Source: Octopus sinensis (taxonomy: Eukaryota). Taken from it: DNA of 64,000 bases. The stretch is from NCBI RefSeq assembly GCF_006345805.1, contig NC_043008.1, forward strand, positions 18,848,001-18,912,000. The letters are read 5' to 3'. A model generated the notes under the pieces. The model did no database searches, had not been told where the DNA came from, and saw nothing but the letters and a program-made list of their open reading frames with translations. Positions 57,602-64,000 of this stretch are shown piece by piece (positions within the stretch are counted from its first letter, which is position 1; every line of letters starts with the position of its first letter). The position numbers were made by a program, and so were the translations under genes.

Positions 57602-58044
57602 TCTATATCTGAGGAATTCCAACCACGTTTTGTCTTTCGTTATCTCAACAGCTCTTTTATGGGATCCATAAAGTGTGTGCGCGTGTGCGTGTTTGTGTGC
57701 GTGCGTGTATGTATGTGTGTATGTCTGTGTGTCTACGCTTGCGTCATAATGCCAACCCATATTATGTTAAGCGTTTAATTTTTATAAATCTAAAAACACT
57801 TTCAATAAAACCTTATAATTTTTGTTTCTTTTCCACGTTGTTGTTGGGTTCTTTATGTTATTGCTTTATTGTTGCAGTTGTTGTTGCTGCTGTTTTTGTT
57901 TTTTGCTTTTTTTATTTGATCTCAGAGGGAACAAGCAAACGTACGGCCTAAAGCATGGCAGCCGTGACAATCCGGTCTTTTTTCTATAACTCGAACTATA
58001 TAATTCAAAGTATCCTAATTTTCAAAACGATAAGATATGATCCA

Positions 58045-58378
58045 TGGAGGCGCATAGGTCAGTGGTTAGAGCGTCGGGCACACAATCAGGAGCTAGTAAG
58101 ATCGATTCCCTGATCAGGCAGTAGTATGTTATGTTTTTGAGCAAGACACTTGATTTCACGTTGCTCCAGTTCATTCTTCTGTAGAAATGAGTTGCGACGT
58201 CACAGGTGCCAAGCTGTATCGATATTTGTCTTTCTCTTGGATAACATCGGTGGCATGTAGAGGTTGGTATGCATGGGCGACTGCTGGTCTTTCATAAAAC
58301 AATCCTGCCTAGACTTGAGTCTTGGAAGATAACTTTTTAGATGCAACCCCATGGTCATTCTTTACTGAAGGGCTTCTT
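58045..58378 (+). mobile_element. SINE family C with TSD
   Basis: TAAGATATGA at 58031 and 58379. Confidence 0.9.
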
Positions 58379-58837
58379 TAAGATATGAACTGAAGGAAAT
58401 TATCTACTGCTACATCTACTTGCTGGCAAAATCGTCAACACGTAGCACAAAATGCATACGGCATTTCTCCTGGCACTTTTACATCCTGAGTTCAAATCCT
58501 GCCGAGTACAATGTCGCCTTTCATCCATTCGGGATCGATAAAATAAAGAAGCAGTCAAGGCTGGGAATCGACTTAATCGAATTGTCCTCTCCTTCAAAAT
58601 CGTTGGCTTTGAACTCTGCATCGGATCAGCATCCCGTTTAGAAGATTGTTGCGATCTTGGTCACTTATGCGACACAGAAACCAGCAACCAGCCTTATGAG
58701 CCAAAGAGATCGAAAAAAATTTAACTATTAGCTAAATCACATAGGTTTTTCGTGCAGACATCATGCCCCCATCTGTTTAATAGACTCTGCAGGAATTGAC
58801 AACACTGCTGCTTGTCTCGCTGAAAACTTCCAGACTT

Positions 58838-59028
58838 TAAGGGTATCACGAAAGTCCTGGTTGGAGGCCCAACCTTCCGAATTATTTTACAGGGCTTAGA
58901 AAAACTGAAGGACCGCTGCAATAAGTGTATGAATCGGGAGCAGAAATATATTGAATAAAATCATAATTAACTGATCCTCTTATATTTTCTTTTACTCAAA
59001 GCCAGAAACTTTTCAGTGTCCCATCGTA
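58838..59028 (+). mobile_element. mariner internal-deletion derivative
   Basis: Encodes ILQGLEKLKDRCNKCMNREQKYIE*, like the mariner transposase end GIxKLxxRWxKCIxxxGxYIE; imperfect TIRs ending in TA. Confidence 0.75.
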
Positions 59029-59490
59029 TGTATGTAGTACACTAGACTTATTGATATTCAGTAATGGTTTTATTTGATTATAATATACAAGGCCCAACAC
59101 GGCACTAAGACTTAAATCTTCATTATAATTAATACTGTAGTTATTCTATGAGAACGATAGTGTTAACTTAATGGTGAGCAGAAGACATAGCAGTTTTTGA
59201 CATCATGAGACATTATCTATATCAACTTACAATGCTATATTTACTTTTAATATCGATTTCATATGGCATGCTATGCATGTACAATGGTGCGAGAATATTT
59301 ATTCCAGGCACTAGTTACCGATGACTCATTAAAGATATTTATATAATTGCGTCTGGATTTGTGCGTGTGTGTGTGTGAATACCTACAAATATACATACAT
59401 ACACACACATACATACACACATACATAATACATACATACATACATACATGCATATATATATATATTAATATTTAGCAGAAGTAACAAACT

Positions 59491-59530
59491 GACTCAAGGT
59501 CAGAGTGTTTCGTGCGCTGGCACTTATCAA
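59491..59530 (-). ncRNA. truncated hammerhead motif, U3-A8 variant
   Basis: UUGAUAA-GUGC-CAGC-GCAC-GAA-AC-ACUC-UGACCUU-GAGU-C; the 5' strand of stem I is absent. Confidence 0.45.
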
Positions 59531-59576
59531 CTACACAGACACACAAATAACACACACATATACACACATACGCACA

Positions 59577-59609
<33 letters not shown>

Positions 59610-59631
59610 CACACACACACACACATATATA

Positions 59632-59663
<32 letters not shown>

Positions 59664-59842
59664 CTATATATATATATATACTTCTAATATAGGCTAAAAT
59701 ATTTTTCAAAAAAGAATTTCATCAAAGTGGCAGCATATTAAAATACCTTTACAGGTGAAAATTATAAATTATTATAAATAAAGTAAAATACAATAAAATA
59801 ATAAGTAAATTATATATATATATATATAAGTGAGAGAGTTGG

Positions 59843-60622
59843 TAAAGTGTCCCAAACATCATTAATGTGTTTCAATTTTTAATAACTTCCTTAACTTTAC
59901 AAATAAATGCACAAACTTTTGATATAATATAGAGAACATAGCGGGAATTAATATGCACAAGTCAAATTTTGCAACACCACTAAATCACATATCAAAAATG
60001 ACATTGAATAAATGGCAGCCATTTTCGGCTTCACACGACTGTGCTCTTTCCAAAACTTGCACCATAACACCCTCAAGAGTTTCAGTCACCATTTCTCTGA
60101 TTTCTGTATTGATGTTTTCGTTCACTTGCGCCAGGGTCTCCGATTTGTTGACGTAAACCCTCTCTTTCAGGTATCCCTAAAAGAAAAGTCCGGCCTAGTC
60201 AAGTCTGAGGAACGTGAAGGCCACTTGACATTGCCGTAGCAAGAGATTATTCTGTCTCCAAAGCACTGCCGTAGCAACTATATTGTTTCTCTTGCGGTAT
60301 GTGCAGTTGCCCCATCTTGCTGGAACCATGTATGAGTTCTAGTTTGAATGGCCTTCACGTTCCCCACACTTGACCAGCCCGGAGAACATCAATAGAAGTA
60401 GGGCCTGAAACTCTTCAGGGTGTTATGGTACAAGTTTCGGAAAGAGCACGGGCGTGTGAAACCGAAAATGGCTGCCATTTAAGCGATGTCATTTTTCATA
60501 TGTGATGTAGTGGTGTTGCAAAATCTGACTTGTGCATATTAATTTCCATTATGTCCTTTATATTTTAAGGTTAAGTAAGTTATTAAAAATGGAAACCCAT
60601 CAGTGACTTTTGGGACGCCCTG
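59843..60622. mobile_element. Tc1/mariner-superfamily remnant built from two inverted 3' ends
   Basis: Minus strand encodes WFQQDGATAHTARETI*...WPSRSSDLTRPDF/GYLKERVYVNK...ENGCHLFNVIF; plus strand repeats WPSRSPHLT...ENGCHLSDVIF; right end GGGACGCCCTG|TA. Confidence 0.85.
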
Positions 60623-60959
60623 TATATAGATATATATATATGTGTGTGTGTTTGTGTGTGTGTGTATGCATGAATATATGAAGTCACAAATTTATACGTA
60701 TATTAATATATGTAGAATACATATACCTGCTTATATATAAACATGCACACACATGTACACATACGTGTGTGTATATATTCATGTGTGTGTGTGCGTGAAT
60801 GTGTGTATGCATATATACCTATATATGCGTGTATAGTAAGAACTATGTGTACAAATGTGTACAAGCAGATGTATGACTGCTGCCATAATGGTTAGAGCTC
60901 CAGGGAGATTGTGTATATACAGATATTTATGTATACGCACGCACACACAAACACACACA

Positions 60960-61001
<42 letters not shown>

Positions 61002-61400
61002 CAGACATATACATACTTGCATACATATATAGAGCAACATGCATTTAATACATACATGCATACATACATACATACATCATACATACATACATGCATACAT
61101 ACATACATACATACATACATACATGTACATACATACATACATACATGCATACATACATACATACATGCATACATACATACATCATACATATACATACATA
61201 CATACATACATACATACATACATACATCATACATACATACATTACATGCATACATACATACATACATACATACATACATGCATACATACATACTAACATA
61301 CATACATACATTCATTACATACATACACATACATACATGCATACATACATACATACATACATGCATACATACATACATACATACATGCATGCATATGTAT
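60960..61400. repeat. (TA)n/(CATA)n microsatellite
   Basis: Direct inspection. Confidence 0.95.
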
Positions 61401-62104
61401 ATATCCTATAATGCACAGTTACTGGTAGACATCTCTTTAGAAGGTTTGAAGCAAAGAACTCGTAGTTGCAAAGCGAGATTTTTAATCATACATCCATATT
61501 TATTTCTTTGTGAAAATAAATAAAAATAAATGGTTGTGATAAAGTCTGAGAATTATGCAAAAATTCGAGGTCGCGTTATGGAAAGGAAGAATATATAAAT
61601 AACAATATAGTCTTGAGCGAGTTCTTACGCAGGAGAATACAAGTTGTTGTGATAATCAATTAGTATAGAAGTTTATAGAAACTGAAGTTGCTTACTTATA
61701 ATTTTAAGTACGAAGATTTATGCTCAGTAATTTTAATGGATGATAACGAAGGGTGATAGATTAAATGGAAAGATGTGAATAATTGGTTAAGTTTGATGGT
61801 AAGGTGATGAGGTGATTTACCATAAATCAAATTAAACGCCTTAAAAGTATAATGAGTAAGATTAAAATAAAATAATAAAGAACGGCTGCAAGAAACGGAG
61901 GAACTATACTAGATAAGAGATAAAACGTTGCTGTGAAATACAATAAGTTTATATGAAGCAAAGGACAGAGAGTGTGCGTTGGTGTGAAATTAAGAGGTGG
62001 AGAATATAATATTGTTACTATGATGTGACATAATAACAGTTGGGCTGTGAAAGAGAATGCTGTTGAGGTAGGTATAAGCTTAAAGTGAGTATATATGTAT
62101 ATTA

Positions 62105-62897
62105 GTTTCCGGTTTTGTCACAAGGCCAGAATTTTGGGGACGAAGGGGTAAGTCGATTAGATCGACCCCAGTTTGTAACTGGTACATATTTTATCGACTC
62201 CGAAAGGATAAAAGACAAAGTGGACCTTGTGGACCTCAGAACATAACGACGGACGAAATGATTCATAGTCATTTTGTCCGGCGTGCAAACGTTTCTTGTT
62301 TCTTTCCTGCACACAAGGGACTACACACAGAGGGGGACAAACATGGACAAACAAACGGATTAAGTCGATTATATCGACCCCAGTGCGTAAATGGTCCTTA
62401 TTTAATCGACCCCGAAAGGATGAACGGTCAAGTCGACCTCGGCGGAATTTGAACTCAGAACGTAGCGGCAGACGAAATACTTATTTCTTTACTACCCACA
62501 AGGGGTTGAAAACAGAGAGGAAAAACAAGGACAGACAAACGGATTAAGCCGATTATATCGACCCCAGTGCGTAACTGGTACTTATTTAATGGACCCCGAA
62601 AGGATGAAAGGCAAAATCGACCTCGGCGGAATTTGAACTCAGAACGTAGCGGCAGACGAAATACTGCTAAGCATTTCGCCCGGCGTGCGAACGTTTCTGC
62701 CAGCTCGGCGACTTAACATGTGTATATATCAGTTTCAAATTTTGGCACAAGGCCAGCAATTCCACAGAAGCAGGTGAGTTGATTTCATCGGCCCCAGTGC
62801 TCACCTGGTACTTGGTTTGAACTCAGAACATAAGACGGGCGAAATGCACCAAAACACTTTTACTGCGTGCTAACACTTCTACCATCGTGTCACCTTA
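62105..62897 (-). mobile_element. SINE family A multimer (about 4 units)
   Basis: Tail-to-GTATTTCGTC junction near 62481, a second junction near 62297, head end near 62712. Confidence 0.9.
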
Positions 62898-62934
62898 AGA
62901 TGTGTATGTTTTAAAGTTACACAAGAGAAAAGAG

Positions 62935-63190
62935 ATGCGCAGCTTAATAGTTAGGGACATTCGGCTTTCGATCATAAGGCCGTGAGTTCGATTCCCGCCA
63001 GTGGGACGTTATGTCCTTGAATAAGACACTTTAATTCATGTTGTTCCAAGTCCACTCAGCTGGCATAAATGGGTAGTACCTATAATTTCGAACGGTCAGC
63101 CTTGTCACTTACTGTGTCACGCTGAATCTCCCTAAGAACTACATAATAGTAACGCGTGTTATTTGTAAACTTCATGACTTCGACTGTTAA
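62935..63190 (+). mobile_element. SINE family C (another copy at 63648-63880)
   Basis: GTTAGGG...GAGTTCGATTCCC head and GTCCACTCAGCTGG body. Confidence 0.8.
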
Positions 63191-64000
63191 ATTCAACACA
63201 AAATTACGACAGTTTCTTGTCGTGTGACAATGTATTTGCAACAATGAGACATCGCAATTCATTGAAATCCTGTACAGGAAATAAAATTCGATGGGTAATT
63301 ACTGGTGGGTGTCACTGCAATTTTATATAGAATAATTTCATAAAGCAGAAAGTGAGAATAACGATGGAAGATTTACCAAGCGCAAGCTATAAGTCTGTGT
63401 TAAACAGATCCATCTCATGCAGAATGCATCATTGAATATATGAATGGTTACAGTTATACAGTTATATAATTTAAAATATGCTATAAAAAATTGCGTCGGT
63501 TATAAAATCAGTGCCAATAACTTTTGCGACCTATTAAAAAGCAAAATATCTGTGTGTGTGTTTGTGTGTGTATGTGTGTTTGTGTGTGTGTGTGTATGTG
63601 TGTGTGTGTGTGTGTGTGTGTTTGTGTGTGGTGTGTGTGTGTGTGTGTGGAGTCCAGTGCGTTAGTCGTTAGGGTGTTGCACGTATAATCATAAGTTTCT
63701 GGTGTTGATTCCTAGACCGGGTCATGCCTTATGTTCTTCAGAAAAACACCTCTTTTCACGTTGTTGTAGTTCACTCAGCTGGTAAAAGAAAAAGGTGTAA
63801 TCCTGCGACGGACTGGCGTCCCGTCCAGCGGAGATACATACGTCACAGAGTCCTAGAAATCGGCCTTACAAGCCTATCACTTGGAAAGATATAAATTTAT
63901 ATTTTATATTTTCATATTTATGGAAGGATTTGTATCTATATATGTATGTGTGTATGTGTAGATGTACACGTAAATATATATTTCCAATTATATCAATTTT

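Overview
AT-rich, repeat-saturated eukaryotic DNA with no recognisable host protein-coding exon, rRNA, true tRNA gene or CRISPR array. Nearly all ORF-track entries are microsatellite or SINE read-through. The SINE families and extreme (TA)n/(CATA)n/(GATA)n load suggest an octopus-like cephalopod intron or intergenic region (inference, not checked). Content: more than 40 copies of three tRNA-derived SINE families, two 3' ends of a Tx1/L1-like LINE, Tc1/mariner, piggyBac-like and Helitron remnants, and many microsatellites. The main unexpected signal is a set of 150-450 bp islands sitting inside (TA)n tracts that carry minimal hammerhead-ribozyme (HHR) folds of the Penelope-like-element (PLE) type. 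They include a 268-bp perfect palindrome encoding an HHR on both strands, a three-copy family with a fixed A6U core change, and U3-A8 covariant cores. A second signal is a SINE whose tail matches the local Tx1-like LINE 3' end and which is repeatedly joined to one site inside its own head. All structures were read by eye, no search or folding program was run, and repeat boundaries are approximate.
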